Both the position numbers and the translations under genes were made by a program. This document shows positions 1 through 8,750 of a stretch of 64,000 nucleotides of DNA, one piece after another (within the stretch, counting starts at the first letter, position 1; each line of letters opens with the position of its first letter). The notes beneath the pieces are model-generated. The model did no database searches and had not been told where the DNA came from. It was given only the letters and a program-made list of their open reading frames with translations. Source of the DNA: an uncultured Gammaproteobacteria bacterium (GTDB lineage Bacteria; Pseudomonadota; Gammaproteobacteria; JAADHQ01); assembly GCA_947258755.1 (NCBI GenBank), contig CAMYJO010000003.1, forward strand, positions 50,871 to 114,870. Direction: 5' to 3'.

Positions 1-931
1 CATGGCATTGGTGGCAGTAAGTACTCTCACCGGCCTTGTCATGCACATTACCGGTGTAGACATAATGCAGACCGTTGGCCAACGCAATCTCGCGCGCACG
101 AGTCAGAGTCTGTGCCGGGGTTGACGGTACATCCATCATCTTCCACTCGGGGTGGAACGCAGTAAAATGCAAGGGCACGTCCGCACCCAGGTTTTGCATG
201 ATCCAACGGCTCATCTCATCCAGCTCCTGCTCGGAATCATTGTGCCCCGGGATCAACAAGGTAGTAATCTCAAGCCACACATCGGTTTCATGCTTGATGT
301 ATTGCAAAGTATCCAGAACCGGCTGCAGGTGACCGCCGGTCAGCTTCCAGTAAAATTCGTCGGTGAAAGCCTTCAAATCGACGTTGGCGGCATCCATGTA
401 TTGAAAAAATTCCTTACGCGGCGCTTCACTGATATAACCTGCGGTGACGGCAATGGATTTGATATCGCGCTTGGCACAGGCCTTGGCCACATCGATAGCG
501 TACTCCAGGAATATCACCGGGTCATTATAGGTATAGGCGACACTGCGACAACCCAGCTCCTCGGCTACCCTGGCAATTTTTTCTGGCGAGGCCTGATCGG
601 CGAGCGTGTCGATTTCCTTTGATTTACTGATGTCCCAGTTCTGACAGAACTTGCAGGCCAGGTTACAACCGGCGGTACCAAAAGACAGCACCGGTGTGCC
701 CGGCAGGAAATGATTTAGCGGCTTTTTCTCTACCGGGTCGACACAGAAACCGCTGGAGCGACCATAGGTGGTCAATACTATCTTGCCATCCTGATTGGCG
801 CGCACAAAACACAGGCCGCGCTGCCCTTCATGTAGCCTGCATTCGCGCGGACAGACATCACACTGCACCCGTTTATCATCCAGTTTATGCCAGTACTGCG
901 TCGGATAGGTATCTTCTAATATTTCACGCAT
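1..931 (-). CDS. amrS: AmmeMemoRadiSam system radical SAM enzyme (AmrS); C-terminal end runs past the window edge
   Basis: Minus-strand translation from ATG at 929-931 gives MREILEDTYPTQYWHKLDDKRVQCDVCPRECRLHEGQRGLCFVRAN... It contains GTAGCNLACKFCQNW (CxxxCxxC radical-SAM cluster motif) and stays open to position 1. It is divergent from amrB-amrA. Confidence 0.85.
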   Translation of the reverse strand, partial: MREILEDTYPTQYWHKLDDKRVQCDVCPRECRLHEGQRGLCFVRANQDGKIVLTTYGRSSGFCVDPVEKKPLNHFLPGTPVLSFGTAGCNLACKFCQNWDISKSKEIDTLADQASPEKIARVAEELGCRSVAYTYNDPVIFLEYAIDVAKACAKRDIKSIAVTAGYISEAPRKEFFQYMDAANVDLKAFTDEFYWKLTGGHLQPVLDTLQYIKHETDVWLEITTLLIPGHNDSEQELDEMSRWIMQNLGADVPLHFTAFHPEWKMMDVPSTPAQTLTRAREIALANGLHYVYTGNVHDKAGESTYCHQCH

Positions 932-999
932 TTCTCCACCTCTGTTCAATACATAGGTCCTGTGGCCGCGTTAATCAAGTCGGATTAGGTCTACGCACC

Positions 1000-1026
1000 T
1001 TGAAAATCCCAGCGAATGCCTATAAT
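1000..1026 (+). promoter_or_regulatory. Possible sigma70 promoter for amrB-amrA (TTGAAA-N15-TATAAT)
   Basis: TTGAAA at 1000-1005 and TATAAT at 1021-1026 lie in the divergent intergenic region. The 15-nt spacer is suboptimal. Confidence 0.3.
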
Positions 1027-1062
1027 TAATAGTAACAGGATAGATATCAATGGGTGATTGCC

Positions 1063-1848
1063 ATGCAAGATCGACAAACGGCTGTAGCCGGAATGTTTTA
1101 CCCCGAGGACCCAACAGAACTGACGACGGCGGTTAAGCAGTATCTGCAATCTGCCGCCGAGGTTGCGGAAACACCCAAGGCCATTATCGTTCCACACGCC
1201 GGTTATATCTATTCCGGCCCGGTCGCGGGCAGTGCCTATGCCAGCCTGCTACCGCTGAAAAAACAGATCACACGTGTCGTTCTGTTGGGCCCCAGTCACC
1301 GTATACCATTACTGGGTATGGCCACCAGTAGCGCAGACCGCTTCCTGACCCCACTTGGTGCGATCGAGATCGACAAGGACGCCGTCAACGCAATCCAGAC
1401 ACTACCGCATGTGCATACCATGAATGAGGCGCATACACTGGAGCATAGCCTGGAGGTGCAGCTACCCTTTCTACAACTGACCCTGGATGATTTCAAACTG
1501 GTACCGGTCGTTGTCGGCGATGCCTCTGCCAGCGAAGTGGCCGCCGTGCTGGACGCCCTCTGGGGTGGCCCGGAAACGCTGATCGTAATTAGCTCCGATC
1601 TCAGTCATTACCATGACTATCAGACCGCGCAAACCATGGACAGTCGCACATCGGCGGCAATCGAGGCACTGAACCCGGAAGACATCCAGTATGAAGACGC
1701 CTGCGGCCGCAATCCAGTCAAGGGACTGCTGGCAGTCGCTCGTCAACGCGGCATACAGGCACGTACCCTCGACCTGCGAAATTCTGGTGACACCGCCGGC
1801 TCTCGCGATCAGGTTGTCGGCTACGGCGCCTACCTGTTTTATCAATGA
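1063..1848 (+). CDS. amrB: AmmeMemoRadiSam system protein B (MEMO1 family)
   Basis: The ORF MQDRQTAVAGMFYPED...HAGYIYSGPVAGSAYA...DLSHYHDY has a MEMO1-type AGxFYP and HAGYxYSG signature. The ATG at 1063 has a GGGTGA RBS, and the track's alternative GTG start is 1054. The stop overlaps the amrA ATG (ATGA). Confidence 0.85.
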   Translation: MQDRQTAVAGMFYPEDPTELTTAVKQYLQSAAEVAETPKAIIVPHAGYIYSGPVAGSAYASLLPLKKQITRVVLLGPSHRIPLLGMATSSADRFLTPLGAIEIDKDAVNAIQTLPHVHTMNEAHTLEHSLEVQLPFLQLTLDDFKLVPVVVGDASASEVAAVLDALWGGPETLIVISSDLSHYHDYQTAQTMDSRTSAAIEALNPEDIQYEDACGRNPVKGLLAVARQRGIQARTLDLRNSGDTAGSRDQVVGYGAYLFYQ

Positions 1849-2402
1849 GTTTTCAGCAGTATCAAGCCCTGATCATCGACACAGCACGAAAGTCGATCGC
1901 CTATGGCCTTGAGCATCAGCGCGCCGAAGTACCGGACCTGGAAACCACACCACCTGCCTTGCAGGAAATGGGCGCCTGCTTCGTCACCCTGGAAATTAAT
2001 CAACACCTGCGCGGCTGCATCGGCAGCCTTGAAGCACACCGACCGCTGATAATGGATATTGCCCACAATGCCTATGCCGCTGCCTTCAACGATCCCCGCT
2101 TTCCGCCATTGCAACAGAGTGAACTCGAGCTGCTCGACATCGAGGTGTCGATACTGACACCGAATGAGGAAATGCACTTTAGCGACGAAGAGGACCTACT
2201 GAAGCAGGTACGCCCCGGCATTGACGGCTTGATCATCGAAGACAGCGGCAGACGCGGCACCTTTCTGCCTACGGTCTGGGAAGCATTACCCAACACACAG
2301 GATTTTTTCAGACACCTGAAACAGAAGGCCGGCCTGTCCGAAGACCATTGGTCGGATAATGTTCGAGTCTATCGTTATACGACTGAGCTTATTCAGGCGT
2401 AA
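1845..2402 (+). CDS. amrA: AmmeMemoRadiSam system protein A (AMMECR1 domain)
   Basis: The 185-aa ORF contains CFVTLEINQHLRGCIGSLEAHRPL, the AMMECR1 CxxxLRGCIG motif. It is translationally coupled to amrB. Confidence 0.85.
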   Translation: MSFQQYQALIIDTARKSIAYGLEHQRAEVPDLETTPPALQEMGACFVTLEINQHLRGCIGSLEAHRPLIMDIAHNAYAAAFNDPRFPPLQQSELELLDIEVSILTPNEEMHFSDEEDLLKQVRPGIDGLIIEDSGRRGTFLPTVWEALPNTQDFFRHLKQKAGLSEDHWSDNVRVYRYTTELIQA

Positions 2403-2868
2403 ATCATATATACTACAATTATTTAAATCATGAATGCTTCAGATAACTATTAATACTAATAATCAACCCAAGCTTAGAAACTACTGCGCTCTAACTCGGT
2501 TTTCTTAAAAACTTTCTTCGATCATATCCACCTGGATATATCTATTTAGAGATTGCTTCACTCACGCTCGCAATGACTCGGATTCTTCTTTTTTTCGCTT
2601 AATCAAGGCGCCAGAGAATAAGTAATACCAATAAACAGTTTGGTTTATAATTGGCAGCCTTTATTATCCGGGGAGCCGTGTTTCTATCGGGCCATGGGGC
2701 GATACATGCGACAAGCATGCGTGTTATCCTGCTTGGGTACCGCGCATCACATCGACATAGGTTTCGAAGTTTGCTCATGACCATGCTACCGCCCTTGAAG
2801 ACCTTCCTTTTTTTCAGTTTACGGGTCATGGTATAGTGACTTACCGCTATTGATCGTGATGTGTTGTT

Positions 2869-4290
2869 ATGAAAAATAAATTATTACTGGCACTTCTGGC
2901 TGTGCAGAGCTCACCTGCCCTGGCATTGAGCATTGACCTGTTTAAAGATGAACACGGTAAGCGAAACTGGCAACATCTGGCCAACTTCACCGGTTCTATA
3001 TTGCTGATTTTATTAACGATTGTGACCATTTACCTGTTTATTGCCCGACGCCGAGCCAATCGGGCAAACCGCGAGTTGACTACTATTCGTAATGAGCTGG
3101 AGATGCGCGTACAGGAGCGTACCGCCACCCTGGAGAACGAGGTCTCGCAGCATGTGATCACAGCTGAGCAGCTACGTTCCTCTGAATCCTATATCCAGGA
3201 CATACTAACATCCATGCCATTGATCCTGGTGGGCTTGGATAAAAGTGGCCGGGTCACCCAGTGGAACAAGCAGGCTGAAGAGGTGTCGGGCATATCATCT
3301 GAAAATGCCTTGGGTAAAACGCTGTGGGAGGCCTATCCACAGATGACAGTTCGCCCTGAGCATGTTCAGCAGTCCATCGAGCAGAACAAAACCATTCACC
3401 TCAAGCAGAGCATGCGCAGCCTCTATCACTTCGACATTACTATTTACCCATTACAGGAACAGGGAACCGGCGTTGTTATCCTGGTCGATGATGTCAGCAA
3501 AGAGGTTAGCGCGGAAAACATGCTGATACATAATGACAAGATGTCGTTTATGGGTGAGCTAGCCTCGACCATGGCGCATGACATTAACCTGCCACTGCAG
3601 GCATTGATGATGGACCTGAAACGCTTTCAGCATATTATCGGCATACCCGGTACCAGTGAGCCGAAGATTAGCTCGGATAGTACTCAGGGGCAGAAACTGA
3701 ATAGCATCATCAATGATATGTCCGACAAGACCGAGCAGGTATCGACCATTATCAGTAACCTGCAGGCCTTTGCCCGCAACCGTAAAGGCAAAAAGCAAAT
3801 GGCGAATATTGTCGACGTGATGGAAAACACTATCGGCCTTGCTAATGAAGTGGTCTCTGTCTCAGATGACCTACCCTTTAATACAATCAAGCTTGAGCGA
3901 GACTTCGAAAAGAACCTGCCCCTGGTACCCTGCTATATCACGGAACTGCAACAGGTATTCCTAAGCCTATTTCGTCATGCCTGTCTCGCACTGGAACTGA
4001 AAAAAGGGCTTGAAAATTTTGAGCCTGTCATCAACATCAAGTTGGCCGAAAATTATGACAACCTGTGGATTCAGGTGCATCACAATGGCACCGGGCTGAC
4101 CACTGAAGAACAAATGAATCTGTTTGAGCCCTTTTTCACAGACAAACCGGCAGCTGAGGATTTTGACGCCGGGCAGCGTCTGTCTTTCTCGTATTATATT
4201 GTCACCGAACAGCATCAGGGCAATATGACCGTGACATCCGATGTTGATCTGGGCTCTACCATCCATATCCAACTACCACTACGGCGTTGA
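2869..4290 (+). CDS. Membrane-anchored PAS sensor histidine kinase (orphan, no adjacent response regulator)
   Basis: The 473-aa ORF has a signal/TM segment (LLLALLAVQSS..ILLILLTIVTIYLF), a coiled-coil and a PAS-like region (LILVGLDKSGRVTQWNKQAEEVSG). It also has an H-box (ELASTMAHDINLPLQ) and a C-terminal HATPase (HHNGTGL...GLG-like). Confidence 0.75.
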   Translation: MKNKLLLALLAVQSSPALALSIDLFKDEHGKRNWQHLANFTGSILLILLTIVTIYLFIARRRANRANRELTTIRNELEMRVQERTATLENEVSQHVITAEQLRSSESYIQDILTSMPLILVGLDKSGRVTQWNKQAEEVSGISSENALGKTLWEAYPQMTVRPEHVQQSIEQNKTIHLKQSMRSLYHFDITIYPLQEQGTGVVILVDDVSKEVSAENMLIHNDKMSFMGELASTMAHDINLPLQALMMDLKRFQHIIGIPGTSEPKISSDSTQGQKLNSIINDMSDKTEQVSTIISNLQAFARNRKGKKQMANIVDVMENTIGLANEVVSVSDDLPFNTIKLERDFEKNLPLVPCYITELQQVFLSLFRHACLALELKKGLENFEPVINIKLAENYDNLWIQVHHNGTGLTTEEQMNLFEPFFTDKPAAEDFDAGQRLSFSYYIVTEQHQGNMTVTSDVDLGSTIHIQLPLRR

Positions 4291-4336
4291 TGGGTTAATT
4301 ATTTCGATGCAGAATAAGTCACTACGCAAATGACCT

Positions 4337-5155
4337 ATGCACAACAATAACGCATCAACATTACCGCAATTCAGTAATCCCCGACTTGTCTACGAACATC
4401 AGAATGACAGAGACACAATCACGGTGCTCGAAAACTATCGTTACCGCTGGATACAATCGAGCGATGGTAGTATTCAAAGTGCGATGAATCTGGCTGAGCC
4501 TTACGCCCCGGTACTACCCTATTTCCCGGTATTACTATCGGCACTGCTATTTACGCCGCCTCCGTCACGTACGCTGGTCATTGGCCTTGGTGGTGGCGAG
4601 CTGATTCGTTTCTTCAGTCATTACTTTCCACAAAGCCAATTGACCGCTGTCGAAAAAAGTACGCACATGAGTAATGTGTTCAGGGAATATTTCAGCCAGG
4701 AAACAAATGAACTTGAATTGATTAACGGCGATATATGTGAACAGTGTGTCAACGACACATCGGCCACATATAAATTGATTTTCCTGGATGTCTACGCCGA
4801 TAAGGCATTACCAGATTGTTTTAATAACAGCGCCTTTTTTGAGTATTTGGCTAGACTACTTGATAACGATGGTGTTATCGCCATCAATCTCGTCGTCAAC
4901 AGCGAAACTGAGGCCGTCCAAATATTGCAGCTGATCAGGCAGGCATTCGACAGAAAAACATTATGCCTGGCGGTCGGTTCGCACATGAATCTGGTCGTGT
5001 TGGCCTTTAAACAGACCCCGGCGACTTTTGCTGATGACGCCTTGCAGGAACTCGCTGCGGAACTGAGTCAGTCCCTGGAGATAGATTATCAGGCCTTAGT
5101 CACCAATATCCTTAGTAGTAATCCCAATGATGATGGTCGTTTGTCATTCTACTGA
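4337..5155 (+). CDS. Spermidine-synthase-fold (polyamine aminopropyltransferase-like) class I SAM-binding protein
   Basis: The 272-aa ORF has a VIGLGGGELIRFF glycine-rich loop and an FLDVYAD motif, reminiscent of the spermidine synthase/PABS family. The assignment is family-level only. Confidence 0.5.
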   Translation: MHNNNASTLPQFSNPRLVYEHQNDRDTITVLENYRYRWIQSSDGSIQSAMNLAEPYAPVLPYFPVLLSALLFTPPPSRTLVIGLGGGELIRFFSHYFPQSQLTAVEKSTHMSNVFREYFSQETNELELINGDICEQCVNDTSATYKLIFLDVYADKALPDCFNNSAFFEYLARLLDNDGVIAINLVVNSETEAVQILQLIRQAFDRKTLCLAVGSHMNLVVLAFKQTPATFADDALQELAAELSQSLEIDYQALVTNILSSNPNDDGRLSFY

Positions 5156-5229
5156 ACGAGGTATCGGATCGGGAGTAGCAAGCTATTGTACTAAGCCTGA
5201 CGCTGATGAGGCCGTTAACGTCTAAAGCA

Positions 5230-6138
5230 CTATTGTGTTACACAGCGACCGATGGAATCAGCCAGACAGATGTTACCATCGATCCAGATTGTTTTGTAAA
5301 GTACGGCACCCTCAAAAATCGCTCCCTCTATATCCGCATTTCTAAGGTCGGCATAGGAAAGATCACTCTGACTGAAGTCAGTGCCGCGCAAATCTGCATT
5401 GCGCAGGTTAGTTCCCTTTAGACTGGCTTTGGGCAAGCTTGCTCCTTTCAGCACCGCGAGTCCAAGGTTCGCATAGGCAAGATCGGCATTGCCTAACTGT
5501 GCCCTACTGAAGTTGGCTGCGGTCAGATTGGTATTGTTAAACAACGCAGCTTGCAGGTCATTATCTGCCAGCTGCACACCTTCCATCTGGCAGTGACTCC
5601 AGTTCACTCCCGGTCCGGGCAGGCTATTACAATCCGGTGCGTTGGGATTGAGTTTATTGGATTCAAGATAGACATAGGCCGCGAGTATCACCAGGCCGAC
5701 CAGGAATAATGAAGCCATCCTGACCGGCATGATATTTTTCCTGGTGCTGTCATAGTTGCCCTGTACTTTGGATTTCATCTCTCGGTGAGCACGTATATTC
5801 ATATCTTCGTGCTGCCGTCTGTCGACCTTACTGCGACGGCCCTGGAACTCATCCAGTTCGGAGCGGCGTCTGTCCTTCAGACGTTCATCTTCCCTGAGCC
5901 GTGCCTGTAACAGGCGCTGCTGATCCTCTTCATTATGATTATTGCGCATTTCTTCCGGTATCACCGCCGGGGTATTCTTCACGCGTGTCCAACTGGTCTT
6001 GTCATTGCTGACTTCGTCGTCCTGACGCAGGCGGCCAATCAGCACAAAGCGTTGCACCATGCCGACCGTAAAAGGCCCTTTTACCTCATTACCATTGCGG
6101 GTATACAAAAGATAGGTCGATTTTTCTTTTTTACGCAT
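5230..6138 (-). CDS. Membrane protein with N-terminal GYF/DUF4339-like domain, one TM helix and C-terminal pentapeptide repeats
   Basis: The 302-aa ORF starts with YLLYTRNGNEVKGPFTVGMVQRFVLIGRL (GYF-like) and has a TM helix MASLFLVGLVILAAYVYL. Its C-terminus is A(D/N)LxxA(N/D)L pentapeptide tandem repeats (ADLAYANLGLAVLKGASL...ADLRGTDFSQSDLSYADLRNADIEGA). Confidence 0.7.
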   Translation of the reverse strand: MRKKEKSTYLLYTRNGNEVKGPFTVGMVQRFVLIGRLRQDDEVSNDKTSWTRVKNTPAVIPEEMRNNHNEEDQQRLLQARLREDERLKDRRRSELDEFQGRRSKVDRRQHEDMNIRAHREMKSKVQGNYDSTRKNIMPVRMASLFLVGLVILAAYVYLESNKLNPNAPDCNSLPGPGVNWSHCQMEGVQLADNDLQAALFNNTNLTAANFSRAQLGNADLAYANLGLAVLKGASLPKASLKGTNLRNADLRGTDFSQSDLSYADLRNADIEGAIFEGAVLYKTIWIDGNICLADSIGRCVTQ

Positions 6139-6142
6139 AGAT

Positions 6143-6169
6143 TAAACAATGCAGATATTATGCCGATAA
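6143..6169 (+). promoter_or_regulatory. Sigma28 (FliA) promoter TAAACAAT-N11-GCCGATAA for the fliK-like/flhB-like operon
   Basis: There is a perfect -10 GCCGATAA at 6162-6169 and a -35 TAAACAAT (5/8 to TAAAGTTT) at 6143-6150 with 11-nt spacing. It sits 85 nt upstream of the ATG at 6254. Confidence 0.6.
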
Positions 6170-6253
6170 TTAACTATGGAATAAGACTATTCCTGCCCAA
6201 GTTGTATACTATGATAATGAAGCCCATATGCGCCAACAACGACCCATAAATCG

Positions 6254-8371
6254 ATGAAAATACCGCCATCGAACACACATTTTCAGTCCTTGAACGTTAC
6301 CAAGGCCTCTAGCGACGTACGTCACTGGCAACCAGGGCAGCAACTGAAGGCAACGGTGCTGTCGAATGCCACCAACGGACAGGTAAACCTGCGTATTGGC
6401 GCCACAATTCTGACAGCAGAAGTCGATGCGCGCGTCAAAATCGGCGAGAAATTGATGCTTGAGGTCATGTCCACTGGTGACAAACCGGTGCTACAGGGCG
6501 TCAGGAATGACAATATCCAACGCATACTGGAAGCGGCGCTACGCCAGACCCTGCCTCAACAACAGAGCCATGCGCAGCTAATCAGTGACATCAAGGCCTT
6601 ATTACAGCAAAGTCAGCTGCCGGCGCTACCGGCAAAAGTTCAACAGGCATTGAAACAACTCTATCAATCCTTCACCGATCGGGCAGCGCTGAGCACGGCC
6701 GACGGTATCAAGCAGGCACTGAAACAATCCGGCTTGTTTCTGGAAGCAAAATTGACTGGCAAAACGGCTGTCAGTAGCACCGCCCTGGAGCAAGATTTCA
6801 AGGCAGGACTGTTACGCCTGCAAAAGGCAATACAACAACAATTGAATCAGACAGGGGCTGTAGGTTCGACACGACCGTCCGAGGCTGCCGGTAAAAATTA
6901 TCCACCTGCGCCAGCAGCAGCGCCGAGCGTTGCCGCAAACCCTGCTGATGCTGCAACTGTCCGTGCCGCGCCTACGGAAGCCGGCGCTGGCAAACCACTG
7001 ACAACACCGGTACCGCACCTGACACCAGGCAAACCGGTGCCAGCTTCGATCAGTACTAGTAGCACCCCGGTGAGTAATAGTGCCGCTACAGCGAATACCC
7101 AGACCAGTACCCGTGCCCCGCAGTCCACAACGTCGGCTATCCCGGGCAGTATTATCAATAAGCCAGGCACGACAAACCCTGGTAATCCAAATGCTGCAAC
7201 GGCTCCCGGCAGCAGCGCAAATACTCAGGCGGTGACCACAGCAGCGACCAGCACAACAACAAACCCAGCCGTGACACCTGGCTCTGCCAACCCACCGAGT
7301 AATCCGACAAGCGTCAGCGCTCCCGGCAGCAGTGTGAACACTCAGGCCGCGGCCACAACAGCGGCCAGCACAACAACGAATCCGGCCGTGACACCGGGTC
7401 CCGCCAATCCGCCAAGTAACCCCACTGCCGCCAGCACCTCCGCTAGCACCGTTAATACTCAGGCGGCGACCACAGCACCGGCGGCTACAACGACAAGTCC
7501 CGCTAGCACGCTAAATCCAACTACCACTACAAACCCAGCCAATATGGCGCTTGGCAACAACATCAGAAGCGCCGATCGCGTTGCCGTAGACAGCAGTACG
7601 CCGAAACAGGCCATAGCGGCCGCACGGCCACCAACAGACAGTGCCTTAGCAACGCAAAAACCTGCACCGGCTGCGGCTGCACCAACAACGACCCCGGCAA
7701 ACACGACGACACCTGGCCCTGCTAATTTATCCGGTCTACTCCTGCATCAATTAGCGAGCCGCGAATTAGCAGCTCCCGGACAGATAAGCAGAACGAATGC
7801 GCCATTCATTTATAGTGGCAATATGCCGTTCAGAATCGGTCAGGACATCGACAACAGCCGGCCCTCTGCGCGCTTTTCCAAACTCGATAACCTGACCAAA
7901 ATCTTGACACTGTTTCTTAAGGATGCCGACTCCTCGCTGGCTCGCATCCAGCTAAATCAACTGTCACAGTCGCATGTTGAAGCGGAACAAAAACAGTCAT
8001 GGTTGTTTGAAATTCCGGTAAAGCATAAGGATGCAATAGACCTGTTCCAGTTCAAAATAGCAAAAGATCATAAGCATAATCAGGATGAGTCCAACGATGA
8101 ACAAACAGGCTGGACGGTAAACATTTCATTTAATGTCGAGCAATTAGGCCAGGTCCACAGCAAAGTCAACATTCATCAAAAACAGGTATCAATCATTTTC
8201 TGGACAGAACAACAGGAAACTACCTCCACCTTCCAACAGCATTTGCAGACCCTACAGCACGACCTGGAAGATGCAGGCTTGATGGTGACCCATTTGAATT
8301 GCATACAAGGCAAGCCACCAGAGACTACCGATACGCCGATTAATAAAGGCGTTGTGGATGAGCAGGCATGA
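6254..8371 (+). CDS. FliK-like protein (second hook-length-control/ruler paralog) with long Thr/Pro/Ala-rich repeat region and C-terminal Flg_hook domain
   Basis: The 705-aa ORF has a low-complexity centre (TTNPAVTPGSANPPSNPT...). Its C-terminus (WLFEIPVKHKDAIDLFQFKIAKD...WTVNISFNVEQLGQVHSKVNIHQKQVSIIFWTEQ) matches the FliK C-terminal secretion-switch fold. Confidence 0.7.
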   Translation: MKIPPSNTHFQSLNVTKASSDVRHWQPGQQLKATVLSNATNGQVNLRIGATILTAEVDARVKIGEKLMLEVMSTGDKPVLQGVRNDNIQRILEAALRQTLPQQQSHAQLISDIKALLQQSQLPALPAKVQQALKQLYQSFTDRAALSTADGIKQALKQSGLFLEAKLTGKTAVSSTALEQDFKAGLLRLQKAIQQQLNQTGAVGSTRPSEAAGKNYPPAPAAAPSVAANPADAATVRAAPTEAGAGKPLTTPVPHLTPGKPVPASISTSSTPVSNSAATANTQTSTRAPQSTTSAIPGSIINKPGTTNPGNPNAATAPGSSANTQAVTTAATSTTTNPAVTPGSANPPSNPTSVSAPGSSVNTQAAATTAASTTTNPAVTPGPANPPSNPTAASTSASTVNTQAATTAPAATTTSPASTLNPTTTTNPANMALGNNIRSADRVAVDSSTPKQAIAAARPPTDSALATQKPAPAAAAPTTTPANTTTPGPANLSGLLLHQLASRELAAPGQISRTNAPFIYSGNMPFRIGQDIDNSRPSARFSKLDNLTKILTLFLKDADSSLARIQLNQLSQSHVEAEQKQSWLFEIPVKHKDAIDLFQFKIAKDHKHNQDESNDEQTGWTVNISFNVEQLGQVHSKVNIHQKQVSIIFWTEQQETTSTFQQHLQTLQHDLEDAGLMVTHLNCIQGKPPETTDTPINKGVVDEQA
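7202..7510. repeat. About 2.6 tandem copies of a 117-bp (39-aa) repeat inside the fliK-like gene
   Basis: Units begin with gctcccggcagcag at 7202 and 7319. A third, partial unit starts at about 7436. Each encodes APGSS(A/V)NTQA..TTTNPAVTPG(S/P)ANPPSNPT. Confidence 0.8.
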
Positions 8372-8724
8372 GTACCAATAAAAACATGGCCGATATTGCG
8401 GTCACACTTCAGTATGACGGTAAAAATGCGCCCAAGGTCACCGCCAAGGGTGAGGATGAGATTGCCAGACAAATTCGGGAAATCGCCAAAGAACATGATA
8501 TCCCTATGTATGAAGACCAGATCCTGGCCCAGGTACTTTCGCAAATAGACCTTGGTGAAGAAATACCGCGCAGCCTGTATGTCACGGTCGCGCAGGTCAT
8601 CGCATTTTCATATCTGATGGCCGATCGTATTTGCATGTTGCCGCCTGAACGGCCAACCGCAAACGCGACAGCGACAACTGCGTTACTTACCCATGAAAAA
8701 AAGAAGGGGCCAAACGGCCCCTGA
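8368..8724 (+). CDS. FlhB C-terminal-domain-like protein (EscU/YscU/HrcU/FlhB family, stand-alone)
   Basis: The 118-aa ORF contains AVTLQYDGKNAPKVTAKGEDEIARQIREIAKEHDIPMYEDQILAQVL, which resembles the FlhB cytoplasmic-domain region containing the autocleavage site and flanking conserved residues. Its ATGA start overlaps the fliK-like stop. Confidence 0.75.
   Translation: MSTNKNMADIAVTLQYDGKNAPKVTAKGEDEIARQIREIAKEHDIPMYEDQILAQVLSQIDLGEEIPRSLYVTVAQVIAFSYLMADRICMLPPERPTANATATTALLTHEKKKGPNGP
8690..8722 (-). terminator. Rho-independent terminator (hairpin aGGGGCC-aaac-GGCCCCt) shared by convergent operons
   Basis: A 7-bp G+C-rich stem at 8705-8722 is followed on the minus strand by a T-run (plus strand gaaaaaaagaa, 8694-8704). 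It lies between the DUF2802 gene stop and the 3' end of the flhB-like ORF. Confidence 0.65.
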
Positions 8725-8750
8725 AATTGAGGAATGTCAATCTGTTGCTG

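Noticed and set aside
152-622. 156-aa plus-strand ORF inside amrS and many similar antisense ORFs (e.g. 15475..16029, 39978..40412, 56581..56781).
   Set aside because: They are embedded antisense to strongly supported genes with conserved products. This is a typical GC-content artefact and they carry no motifs.
2599-2836. Overlapping 76-aa (minus) and 61-aa (plus) ORFs in the AT-rich amrA-HK intergenic region.
   Set aside because: There is no RBS and the composition is poor. The two mutually overlap.
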